A DNA stretch of 46,352 nt, taken from IMG/VR virus record IMGVR_UViG_3300027964_000001, positions 1-46,352 of that record. The stretch is one strand, 5' to 3'. Source of the DNA: a virus. This document shows positions 16,870 to 26,120 of the stretch, piece after piece; positions within the stretch are counted from its first letter, which is position 1, and each line of letters starts with the position of its first letter. Position numbers and translations under genes: made by a program. Under the pieces are notes generated by a model. The model searched no databases. It worked only from the letters and a program-made list of their open reading frames with translations, and had not been told where the DNA came from.

Positions 16870-17171
16870 TATTGTGGATAAGAAGTATAAACAGTTTTGG
16901 TAAAAATAATTATACGATTGATACGGAAATATTCGTTTAGAGAATTTGTTCCTAATCTTAAATAAATACGTTGACTTATAAAATTTGTAATTTTTGTAGG
17001 TTGTTTATCTGTTATCATAGACATAGATAAGGGAACTAGTAACTTAGTTTTCACATTTTGTAATGTATGCAAAGATAAATCTAAATCGCCTGTTCCGATT
17101 ACTCTAAATCTAAGAGCAGCGATATGAATAATATTTTCACTATATACTCCTTGATTTCCAATAGAAGGCAT
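16869..17171 (-). CDS. Hypothetical protein
   Basis: 100-aa ORF wedged between coupled neighbours (1-nt gap or overlap each side). Confidence 0.55.
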   Translation of the reverse strand: MPSIGNQGVYSENIIHIAALRFRVIGTGDLDLSLHTLQNVKTKLLVPLSMSMITDKQPTKITNFISQRIYLRLGTNSLNEYFRINRIIIFTKTVYTSYPQ

Positions 17172-17172
17172 A

Positions 17173-18786
17173 TTAACTACCTACAATCGGGCCATCAATA
17201 AAAGGGTCAGGAATCTTAACAATCTCAGTAGTTCCAGCTATTGGATCAACCCATAAAGTATCATTACGCTTATCAGGAACTAGTTTATATATACCGGAAC
17301 CAGCAATAGCATTTCTAGTATTAGTAAATATGACAGTAACAGTCTCACCGGGTCCTACAGTAATATTTGTATTATCATTAGATGGATCATTACTAACTTC
17401 TACTGTAGTAGTAAATCCGGCTTCAGGTGTTTCTACTATAGAATACCCACCGGCAGCCGCCAAACCAGAAAAAATTTGACTTTCTCCATCTTGTAAACTA
17501 AAACTTGTTGGACTTAATCCCCCTGATGCCGTAAAATCAAAATCGGTTAACAGACCGGAAGGAATTGTAATTTTTTGAACTATAATAGTTCCAGTAGGAG
17601 CAGAAAAAGGAGTTCCTACCCAATCAATATTTGATATATTTAGTCCACTGCTTGCAGGCATCCGAAGAACAGAATTAAATAAATCTCCAGTTAATATGTT
17701 ATCATCAGCTTCTATATCAAACCATCCAGTAGTAGCAGCTGGAATCGTTATTTCATTATTCCCATCAACTCCATTAATTCTAGAAGTTAATGTAGAATCA
17801 CTACCATGACTATTTACATCTATATAGATAGTTAATCCTTCCAATACCCAATCAAAATTGGACTCAAATTGAGTTACTGCTTCACTACTAGAAGGAGCAT
17901 TAATACCACAGAGAGCAAAATATCTAGTAGCCCCTGTAATAGCCCTGCTTCCTTGACCACAACCACCAATAAATTTACTAGTGGCAGAATCGAAATTAAT
18001 TACAGACCTAATTAAACTAAAAGTCCCGGACGTTCTACTAGGAGATTGTATTCCCCAACTTACCAAATCATATTTAGAAACAGCAGCAGTATTAACAATA
18101 TCCTCAAAATGCCCGGTAGTTCCAGCAGGAATAGTTACAACTACTGATGTATTAACTCCATTTATCCTTAAAGTAACTAAACATTCTGCATCTAAACTAT
18201 TAAAATCTGTATAGACTCCTGCATTCCTAGCAGTAAAATCTCCTAGTATTTTATCTTGTTTACTACCTTCTGTAGTTAAAAATGCGGTTTGTCCCCAAAG
18301 ACTAAAAAAGTTTAAAATGGTAGAAGCGAGATCTGATATAAAAGATTGCGGAGATATAATACTTATAGTATCAGTAGATTCATTAGGAGTAAATAAACTA
18401 CCATAAGCTGTATAAATAACCTGTTTAAACCATTCAAAGTCTGCCTGAATCTTAAAATTATATAGGTCTCCAGCTACAACTACATCAGTATTAGTTAAAT
18501 CCTCAAGATAACCTGTAACTCCAGGAGGAATAGAAATAAGAAGATTACCATTAACTCCATTAATTCTAGATCTGAATCTAGTTGTAGCTGTTACAGTAGT
18601 ATTACTAATTATTTTAATTTTAAGATTTGAAAATATTCCAGGTTCCCTAACTCTAATCTGAGAATTAGCTTCAACTGCAAAATTACCTACAGGACCGCTA
18701 GTTGACGGAGCATAGGTATATGAATTACCATGTGTAGGTAATGTCTGACTAGCAGGATCACAACTAGTAAGAATAGATTTAGCCAT
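17173..18786 (-). CDS. Tail-fibre/spike-like protein with three tandem ~130-aa modules
   Basis: RINGVNGNLLISIPPGVTGYLEDL (aa 74), RINGVNTSVVVTIPAGTTGHFEDI (aa 207) and RINGVDGNNEITIPAATTGWFDI (aa 336). The C-terminal segment GGYSIVETPEAGFTTTVEV is Cna-B/prealbumin-like. Confidence 0.6.
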   Translation of the reverse strand: MAKSILTSCDPASQTLPTHGNSYTYAPSTSGPVGNFAVEANSQIRVREPGIFSNLKIKIISNTTVTATTRFRSRINGVNGNLLISIPPGVTGYLEDLTNTDVVVAGDLYNFKIQADFEWFKQVIYTAYGSLFTPNESTDTISIISPQSFISDLASTILNFFSLWGQTAFLTTEGSKQDKILGDFTARNAGVYTDFNSLDAECLVTLRINGVNTSVVVTIPAGTTGHFEDIVNTAAVSKYDLVSWGIQSPSRTSGTFSLIRSVINFDSATSKFIGGCGQGSRAITGATRYFALCGINAPSSSEAVTQFESNFDWVLEGLTIYIDVNSHGSDSTLTSRINGVDGNNEITIPAATTGWFDIEADDNILTGDLFNSVLRMPASSGLNISNIDWVGTPFSAPTGTIIVQKITIPSGLLTDFDFTASGGLSPTSFSLQDGESQIFSGLAAAGGYSIVETPEAGFTTTVEVSNDPSNDNTNITVGPGETVTVIFTNTRNAIAGSGIYKLVPDKRNDTLWVDPIAGTTEIVKIPDPFIDGPIVGS

Positions 18787-19105
18787 TTACTATATGCTTT
18801 AGTCCATGAACCTTAAATATACCATTAACTTTGGCTTTTACAGAGTCTGGAATCTTTTCAGTGCAAGATAATTCAAATCTATCCCCAACTCTAGTAAACA
18901 ATATATTTATAGGATCTATCTTCATCTCTCTTGCCAGATGACCAATAGCAATATTTTTACTTATATTTTCTTTATGAACTTCATCAGCATTCTTATGTAA
19001 ACTACAAGCCTTTAACATGGTTTTAGTAGGTTGGGGATTGACATTATCCCACTTAAATTCAATAATACAACTACAAGTATCCGGAATCCACCGTTGGACT
19101 TTCAT
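18779..19105 (-). CDS. Hypothetical protein
   Basis: 108-aa ORF in the tail block. Confidence 0.6.
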   Translation of the reverse strand: MKVQRWIPDTCSCIIEFKWDNVNPQPTKTMLKACSLHKNADEVHKENISKNIAIGHLAREMKIDPINILFTRVGDRFELSCTEKIPDSVKAKVNGIFKVHGLKHIVNG

Positions 19106-19115
19106 TGCTTAAACC

Positions 19116-21035
19116 TCAAGGAACACTCTGCTCTGCACCAATTAATAGAGTATCAGTATTAATCAATTCAATAGTAGTAGTTTCGATATCAAATGTCCAA
19201 GGTTCCCATTTAATAGTTTTATAATTTAATCCATTATCATAATTAGCATACAACATCTGTTTGTTTGGTAATGTTATATACAAAACCTTATTAATTGTAT
19301 CATTCTTAATTTGCATATTACCAAAAGTATTTCTATCTAAAGCTTCCCATAAATCTTCAATCTTCCAAGATAGTTCTGGCTTAACATAAGTTCCAGTAAA
19401 AGCATATAATCCAGGCCAACCAATAATTAAAATAAAATCTATGTTAACTCCTTGGGAATCTAATACAGTAGCTATACCATGAACAGAAGCACCAATACCA
19501 TTATCAACTGCTATGGGTTCCCAACTAGAAGGTAATCCACCATTATCATTAATAGCAAATGTTCTAGTTTGTTTCATAGAATAGAATACATCTCTAAATT
19601 CTATACCATTAGTAATAGGATTACCATCTAATGGAACTATAACAAATCCATCTACTTGATCAAATGCTTCAGGCTCTCCTGGAGAACTAAATCTAACTAA
19701 TGAAATATCATCAAAGCTAGTCCATAAGGCTAATCTACCATGATACTCTGCTAATCCAACCCCAGAAGGAATCTGAGAGAAATTATCAATAAGATGGGAA
19801 GCATCTTCTATTAGATCGGCATCAAAATAATTAACTTCTTTTTCTGTATCACTATTATTATCAATAGTTCCATCAGGAATAAAATAGAACTGAAAAGTAA
19901 ATTCTCCCTGACGATTATTACCATTAAAGTTTAGAATTGCTCTAGTTGATACCAAATGACGTTTAATAACAAAAGAATCAGGAGATGTTGGAATGTTATA
20001 TACCTTTATAGATTTCCTTTCATTTACATAAGATTGAACCGCAAAAAACTCTGGACCGGGCGATGTTAAATAACCTGTATCTGTCTCGTAAACTACACCA
20101 ACTACATGTAATCCTAAATCGCAAAATCCATCTGTATTAGTATTCTCAAGATACATAGGACTATTAGTTAATGTAGATAATCCTCCCGGAACAAAAGCGG
20201 TAACTAAAGAAGCATCATCAATATTAATAATAGTATCAATAGTAGTATTATCAGGAATTGTCTTAACTAGAAAAAAAGTATAATTATTTCTAATATCTCC
20301 ATCAGGATTCCAATCTTCCGGATCTATAGATTGGGTCATATATACTTTACGTTCAGTAATTCCTGCTCCGCCTAATGGAATATTATTAAGATTAATCTCT
20401 TTATCCCCAGGAGCATATACTATTGCTAATCCTTCTGGTCCTAATCCTCCCGATTCATCACCACCATCAGAAGCACTAATACCAATAATATGAATACCTT
20501 TACCAACTACACCATCAATAGTAGAATTATAAGCTATTAGTGCTGATTGCCCCCCATCAGTAGGGGAATCTCCAGCAGCAGCTCTAGCAGGATTACCATC
20601 TCCTAAATAAACAAATAAAAAATCACCACTCAATCCTTTTTGATAGTTTTTTCCATTATCATCTGTAAATGTTGCAAATAGAGTAATATAGGCTCGGCCT
20701 GCCCATGAAAATATTCTAAAATCTGTAGCTAGAGGATTAGATAAAATAGGACCGTAAACAGTATTAGAACCATCTAATAAAGCATGATAAAGATCTCCAT
20801 TGATATCAAGAATTAATAAAGATTGTCCTGTTTGCATTACATAATTATGAATACGTAATACATCTCCCTGGGCAAGAAAGGTATCTATTCCATCTCTAGT
20901 CTCAAATCCAGACTCAAAATGTTGAACATTATTGGAATCAATAAAATGATCTGGAGGACAAGAATCCTCATCTCCTCTTTTCCAGAGACCATTAAATTCT
21001 TCTAAAACAACTGGGTCATGTCCTCTAAGGACCAA
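19116..21035 (-). CDS. Large tail structural protein (639 aa)
   Basis: Long ORF downstream of the head genes. Size and position fit a tail hub/tubular protein. No motif recognised. Confidence 0.5.
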   Translation of the reverse strand: MVLRGHDPVVLEEFNGLWKRGDEDSCPPDHFIDSNNVQHFESGFETRDGIDTFLAQGDVLRIHNYVMQTGQSLLILDINGDLYHALLDGSNTVYGPILSNPLATDFRIFSWAGRAYITLFATFTDDNGKNYQKGLSGDFLFVYLGDGNPARAAAGDSPTDGGQSALIAYNSTIDGVVGKGIHIIGISASDGGDESGGLGPEGLAIVYAPGDKEINLNNIPLGGAGITERKVYMTQSIDPEDWNPDGDIRNNYTFFLVKTIPDNTTIDTIINIDDASLVTAFVPGGLSTLTNSPMYLENTNTDGFCDLGLHVVGVVYETDTGYLTSPGPEFFAVQSYVNERKSIKVYNIPTSPDSFVIKRHLVSTRAILNFNGNNRQGEFTFQFYFIPDGTIDNNSDTEKEVNYFDADLIEDASHLIDNFSQIPSGVGLAEYHGRLALWTSFDDISLVRFSSPGEPEAFDQVDGFVIVPLDGNPITNGIEFRDVFYSMKQTRTFAINDNGGLPSSWEPIAVDNGIGASVHGIATVLDSQGVNIDFILIIGWPGLYAFTGTYVKPELSWKIEDLWEALDRNTFGNMQIKNDTINKVLYITLPNKQMLYANYDNGLNYKTIKWEPWTFDIETTTIELINTDTLLIGAEQSVP

Positions 21036-21714
21036 AATAATTAACCCTCTTAAATGCAGCTCGAAAAGGTTGGCGCCGTGTTCTAATGTTCTGTCTACCT
21101 TTAGTTGATATTCCTATTGATCTATCCAAAGCTTTTTCAGCTTCAGATTGAAGAACTCCAGCACGCTCCGAATTCTCCCCAATAAAGAAAGCACAAAGAG
21201 CAGCAGTTCTATACTGAATATAAGACTGTGCCCGAATTATAGGAATATCAATATCTACATCATTAGCATCAACAGGAGAAAAAATGTCCTTTAAATAGTC
21301 AAGTTTAATTTGATTATCCTGAACCGATTCAGGAAAATGAAGTTCTTGGTCAACAAAAGCAAAAGCCCCAAATGAGTTAACAGTAATCCCTTCCCAAGAT
21401 AAAGGAAGAAACTCTAATCTCTTAACCCAAGAATAAGGATTAGTTTCTGATAACCTCTCCCAAACATTCTTGATTTCAACAAGATTAGAAGGTAGAGCAG
21501 GGGTAGTAGAAAATCCTATATTAGTTACCCCTGCTGCTACATCTATAACAGTGCTAACTTCATGAGTAGACGGAATATCGTTTAGCTGAAAAATCTCTTG
21601 GCAATCAGCTAAAGCGATATTAAAATAAGGCAAGCAATTATTATCAGTATACTCTTCCTGCGCTATATCATTCATTAGCGCAGCAACAGAACTAATAACA
21701 GTAGAGGGAATCAT
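21025..21714 (-). CDS. Head-tail adaptor / tail structural protein (229 aa)
   Basis: Assigned by position between the head module and the large tail protein. Confidence 0.4.
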   Translation of the reverse strand: MIPSTVISSVAALMNDIAQEEYTDNNCLPYFNIALADCQEIFQLNDIPSTHEVSTVIDVAAGVTNIGFSTTPALPSNLVEIKNVWERLSETNPYSWVKRLEFLPLSWEGITVNSFGAFAFVDQELHFPESVQDNQIKLDYLKDIFSPVDANDVDIDIPIIRAQSYIQYRTAALCAFFIGENSERAGVLQSEAEKALDRSIGISTKGRQNIRTRRQPFRAAFKRVNYFGP

Positions 21715-21724
21715 CTACCTAACC

Positions 21725-22399
21725 CTAGGAGGCAAACTTAAGTCCAAGTTCCTTAGCCCTAACCTCATCAATAATAACCTTGCAAGTCGGACAAATAACA
21801 ACTGCACTAGAGTTAAGGCTCCCACATGCCTTGCACTTAATAAGCTCAGCAGTAACCTGGTTCTTCAACCATTCCTTCTGAGTCATATTAAGTTCTTGGG
21901 CAGCTATTTTCATATCTGAGGATACAACCATCGGATTTCCGTTTGATCGCGCCCATAAAGCATCTGCTAACTTAGTAAGAGCTAAGAACCATTCCTTCTG
22001 TCTAATCTTAGCTCTATTAAGATGCGCAACGTAATCCTTCTTAATGACTGAAATTCCTACTTCCCCAGGAACAAAAAACAGTCCAGGCTGGGCTTCAGTT
22101 CTAAATTCTGTTAATCCTTTACAGTAATCATTAATCACAGATTCTGCCATCATAATAGCAGACTGTGGAACTTCAATTAGAGGAGATTCCTCAGAAGGAT
22201 CATACCACCAACTTGAAGGACCAACAACTAATGTAGAAGGATTATCGTAAGTTCCTGGGGGAATAACAAACTTACCAGGAAATACAGTATGCATTACCTG
22301 GACTACTTCTCTTGGTAAGATTGATACAATAGTAGCCCTATCAAGATTATTAACAGGACCCCTAATAACAGCTTTCATTCCTTGCGAAATCATCTCCAC
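21725..22399 (-). CDS. Hypothetical virion-module protein with C-terminal zinc ribbon
   Basis: 224 aa. Ends with CKACGSLNSSAVVICPTCK. Confidence 0.6.
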   Translation of the reverse strand: MEMISQGMKAVIRGPVNNLDRATIVSILPREVVQVMHTVFPGKFVIPPGTYDNPSTLVVGPSSWWYDPSEESPLIEVPQSAIMMAESVINDYCKGLTEFRTEAQPGLFFVPGEVGISVIKKDYVAHLNRAKIRQKEWFLALTKLADALWARSNGNPMVVSSDMKIAAQELNMTQKEWLKNQVTAELIKCKACGSLNSSAVVICPTCKVIIDEVRAKELGLKFAS

Positions 22400-22917
22400 T
22401 CCTTATTAGGAACAACAATTCCTTCTTTATAAGTTAAAGAATCCGTCGTAGAAGTCTCATCGCCGAATAACATTTCCTCTACTTCTTTAACTTCTTTTTC
22501 TAATACTTCAGCATAATTCTCTTTATACTGAGTATAGGATTGGGCTAACCTCTGACGATCGTAGTGAAATTCAATTAAGAACTTACAAGGCCAAAATTTA
22601 GGAGGAAGATAATTACCATTCTTATCTCTGAATACCCATAGAGGTTCATAAGAGTATTTCTCTACCAGGTCTGATTCTCCTACAACAGGAAAAAACTTCT
22701 CAAGAATATATAAAGACTGTATGTAGTGCTTATACTTCGGTTTATCTACTACTACAGGATAAATAAGTTCAAGTCCTTCCGGAGTATGCTGAACTAATCT
22801 CTTCTCTCTTTCATCATCAGAAAAGACTACCCGGTATTTCGGTAAACGTCCATCAACATAGCCAAACTCCCTAGCTAACTTCTCGTTGATGGATTCTATT
22901 GTTTCTGGTAAATCCAT
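22390..22917 (-). CDS. Hypothetical virion-module protein
   Basis: 175-aa ORF coupled to the glycosyltransferase gene (1-nt overlap at 22917). Confidence 0.6.
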   Translation of the reverse strand: MDLPETIESINEKLAREFGYVDGRLPKYRVVFSDDEREKRLVQHTPEGLELIYPVVVDKPKYKHYIQSLYILEKFFPVVGESDLVEKYSYEPLWVFRDKNGNYLPPKFWPCKFLIEFHYDRQRLAQSYTQYKENYAEVLEKEVKEVEEMLFGDETSTTDSLTYKEGIVVPNKEWR

Positions 22918-24230
22918 TAATAACCCTGCGGATGAATAATACGGACAGGATCAGTTCCATTGCTATGGTAATCAATAGCCCATTTACCATCCGGGGCCAT
23001 CTGATAAGGCTTAACCACTACAGATGAGATATGACCAACCGGCAAATCTAAGTCACAGTAAGATTTAAACTGCTTAGCATTGCGATAAAAATAGACATCT
23101 TCTCCAATAGAATCAGAAACTACCTGACCCATAGTAAAATAAGGAAATTCCATAGATTTAAATACCTTAGTATTAATTAAGCAAAATCCTAAGCCTGAAG
23201 CAACAATATCTACTAAACCAGTTTGTCCATGCTTAAGATTCATATGCCGTAACATACCATTCTCAACTTCTTTATCAAATACTAATGGAGGATGAGGATA
23301 TTCTCTTTTCAATTGTAGAGCAGTAATAATATCCTTATCATGATGTAACAGCTGATAAAGTGCATGGGGCTGGAAAATTACATCATCATCAATAAATAAT
23401 ACATGAGAAAATCCTAATTCAACAGCCTGCTTGGCAATGATATTTCTATTACGTGCAATAGCCTGACCATGAACTGATCCGTATGCTGAACTATTTGGGC
23501 GCTCAAGTTTAATTATATAATCATAGAAATCAGCTCTCCTAGCCATCTCAGCGGTGCAAATACCAATAAATACTTTATAATTAGAATCTGTAACTTTCCT
23601 ATATAACTGCATCCGAACATTATGCCGAGACGGCTCATGCTTTAGATACTCTACATTATCTTCCTTGTAAGCCTCTAGAGTATAATGATGGTCTTTAACC
23701 TGTCTATGATCTACTTCAATATTATCTAAATAAACTCTTCGTCCAGTTGGCATTACATCCCAGATTGTATTATCACATTTAGTAATCTGATAACCATTAC
23801 CAGGACTAAAATCTACTCCCATATCCATTACCTTACGAGAAAAGATAGGATGACAGGAAAAGAACTTATCAAACTCGCTATCCTTGAAATAAAATAAAAC
23901 AATATCATCAGGATAATCACAATAAGGAATTAACTTATCCCATCCTTTAGTCTTAAATAAAATATCATCATTACCCATTAAACAGTATCTACCAGTAGAT
24001 TCTTTATATGCCTTATCAAAGAAAGTAGACCTAAACTTCGATGGAGGAGAATAACAATATGTAATATTCCCATCCTTCCAAGTTTCCCGTTCTCCATCCA
24101 AACAAACTACAATTTCTAATTCATCGAAGTTAGTAGTTTCCTTTAAGTTCTGAATAAACTTTTCTCTTCTATCAGGATAAGCCGAGGGTAATAAGATCGA
24201 AAGTTGTGGTGTCATATTACCCTCGGCCAT
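22917..24230 (-). CDS. Two-domain GT-A-type glycosyltransferase
   Basis: N-terminal domain has LSILLPSAYPDRREKFIQNL..ELEIVVCLDGE and MGNDDILF. C-terminal domain has ARNRNIIAKQAVELGFSHVLFIDDDVIF (DxD). Confidence 0.65.
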   Translation of the reverse strand: MAEGNMTPQLSILLPSAYPDRREKFIQNLKETTNFDELEIVVCLDGERETWKDGNITYCYSPPSKFRSTFFDKAYKESTGRYCLMGNDDILFKTKGWDKLIPYCDYPDDIVLFYFKDSEFDKFFSCHPIFSRKVMDMGVDFSPGNGYQITKCDNTIWDVMPTGRRVYLDNIEVDHRQVKDHHYTLEAYKEDNVEYLKHEPSRHNVRMQLYRKVTDSNYKVFIGICTAEMARRADFYDYIIKLERPNSSAYGSVHGQAIARNRNIIAKQAVELGFSHVLFIDDDVIFQPHALYQLLHHDKDIITALQLKREYPHPPLVFDKEVENGMLRHMNLKHGQTGLVDIVASGLGFCLINTKVFKSMEFPYFTMGQVVSDSIGEDVYFYRNAKQFKSYCDLDLPVGHISSVVVKPYQMAPDGKWAIDYHSNGTDPVRIIHPQGY

Positions 24231-24234
24231 CTTC

Positions 24235-24555
24235 TTACGTTACGTTATTGGCACACCCATAATACTTGTCCTGATTAGGATCATAAAACATCAGGCAAGG
24301 CACATTGGGTGTAGGAACAACAGCATTAAGAATATTACCCGTAGTTAACATTGTAGCTGGAGAGCCATCTGTGAAGATGAGAGCTAACATATGCGCTCCA
24401 GTTACAGGCGGTGTAATCGTTGCAACAGCTACAGTTTCAGTGACAAAAGTCATGAAATGAACTGGTGCAATCGTAGTAGCCGATGAGATTGTATTCGGCT
24501 TTGGCTGCTGATTACTCTGAACGGTTGCTAAGTTTTGATGAAGAAGATCACTCAC
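24235..24555 (-). CDS. Small head-associated protein, paralog B
   Basis: 106 aa. Shares ..ATI.P......A.v......G....LTTGNI..AV.......L.(F)Y....DK(Y/F)Y.. with the adjacent ORF. Confidence 0.6.
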   Translation of the reverse strand: MSDLLHQNLATVQSNQQPKPNTISSATTIAPVHFMTFVTETVAVATITPPVTGAHMLALIFTDGSPATMLTTGNILNAVVPTPNVPCLMFYDPNQDKYYGCANNVT

Positions 24556-24842
24556 GAGATAGCTCCTGGGTAAAACTTGTCATCGGTCTTACTATAGACA
24601 AGCAGTGTTGCCCTATTCTGAGCCATTGTAACAGCCACAGCAATATTGCCCGTAGTAAGCAAACCTAATGTCCCGTCAACAGGAACAAGAACTACTGCAC
24701 CACTAAATCCCCCACCATATTGAGGAATAATAGTAGCGACATCGGTGCTTCCTGTTAACTTAACAAGATCTGCCTTTGGAGAAATACTAGCCGCAGATGC
24801 TAAAGTTTCCTCAGAAAGTTTAGTGGTTAAACCTGGAAACAT
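24552..24842 (-). CDS. Small head-associated protein, paralog A (decoration/fibre candidate)
   Basis: 96 aa, immediately downstream of the capsid gene. ATGA-coupled to paralog B. Confidence 0.6.
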   Translation of the reverse strand: MFPGLTTKLSEETLASAASISPKADLVKLTGSTDVATIIPQYGGGFSGAVVLVPVDGTLGLLTTGNIAVAVTMAQNRATLLVYSKTDDKFYPGAIS

Positions 24843-24863
24843 TCCTCCACCTCCTCTGTTTCC

Positions 24864-26117
24864 TTAGTAACCACTAGGAACAGCTAAATTGTCGATATAA
24901 GCACATGCAGCAGGATTCATTACGAAAGTCTGGAATCCCGTTGTCATATAGAAAATATCAGACGTGGCCACACCACCAGAAGCTCCCCGAAGCTCGAAGA
25001 TCCTCCTATTATCAACCGTATAGAAACCAATAGGAAGAATCTCACCACGACCCCACACAGAGTCAACAATGAAATCAATCCTCTCAGTATTCCAGTTAAA
25101 TGTTCTCCTAATAGATGCTCCGGCGAGCTGCATATTATCGCCGAAATACATATCAAGAGATTCTTCCTTAGCCTGCTTCTGAATGATTGAAACTAACTGT
25201 CCAATCTCTTCATAAGCCTGTGCCTGTGCAGGATGCAACCATGCAACAGGATTAAAGGCATTATCCTCTCCAGTTCTATTTCCAATCTTGTTAATAGCAA
25301 GTCTAGGAAATGGAAGAGTAAGAGGAGAACCACCAGCATTAACTCTGTTGGCTCGAATCTCAGGAGTTGCAGCCCTAGAAAATCCTAACCATGTTCCCGC
25401 CGAAGCATTTGAGTGGTGATAAGGAACACCAAACAAAGCTCCTAAAGCTGCCGGAGCACTAATACCCTCAGTAACTAGAACATCAGTAGCAGTAGCACCA
25501 GCAATTGCCGGAGTTACCTGAATCTGCTTGTTCTCAAGGTCATAAAGAGTAATAACACCTGAACCTCTATTGGTTGCAAGTGTAGAATCAAACACCTGAA
25601 CAGTCTGACCAAAGCGGACTAATCTCGCACCATGACCATCACTATTCAGAGTATAAGTATCTACACCAGCCGCAGTAGTAACTACACCAATAGTTCCGAT
25701 AACACCAGTTCCAGGCTGCTGAAGCTGAGCATCTAACTGCCGGCGAAGCTCTACGATAGCTGAAGCAGTTAATCTCCGAACTCCATTAATAACAGCCTTA
25801 CGAGCATCATCCGTAGCCCACTGAGTTAACTTGGTATACTCAATTCCAATCTTAGTAAAGACAGAATTAAGCACAGCCTTATCAAACTGTGGACCACCGC
25901 CACGCCCGAGATCGCCTCCATTAGGATTAAAGTATCCAAAGGAACCACCAGGGCGAAGCTCTAACGGAACACGCATCTGTCGATTAGAAATCTTCTCGAC
26001 ATTGCGCTTCTTAATACTGGAATAGAACTTATCTTCTCGTTCAAAGACGGTAGTAACTTTCGTTAATACCTTCTCAAGTTCTGTTCCAGCTACAGAAATT
26101 TCAGTAACTGGGGGCAT
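24864..26117 (-). CDS. Major capsid protein
   Basis: 417-aa ORF directly after the scaffold gene, in the order portal-scaffold-capsid. Strong SD (GGAGGTGGAGG). Confidence 0.75.
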   Translation of the reverse strand: MPPVTEISVAGTELEKVLTKVTTVFEREDKFYSSIKKRNVEKISNRQMRVPLELRPGGSFGYFNPNGGDLGRGGGPQFDKAVLNSVFTKIGIEYTKLTQWATDDARKAVINGVRRLTASAIVELRRQLDAQLQQPGTGVIGTIGVVTTAAGVDTYTLNSDGHGARLVRFGQTVQVFDSTLATNRGSGVITLYDLENKQIQVTPAIAGATATDVLVTEGISAPAALGALFGVPYHHSNASAGTWLGFSRAATPEIRANRVNAGGSPLTLPFPRLAINKIGNRTGEDNAFNPVAWLHPAQAQAYEEIGQLVSIIQKQAKEESLDMYFGDNMQLAGASIRRTFNWNTERIDFIVDSVWGRGEILPIGFYTVDNRRIFELRGASGGVATSDIFYMTTGFQTFVMNPAACAYIDNLAVPSGY

Positions 26118-26120
26118 TGA

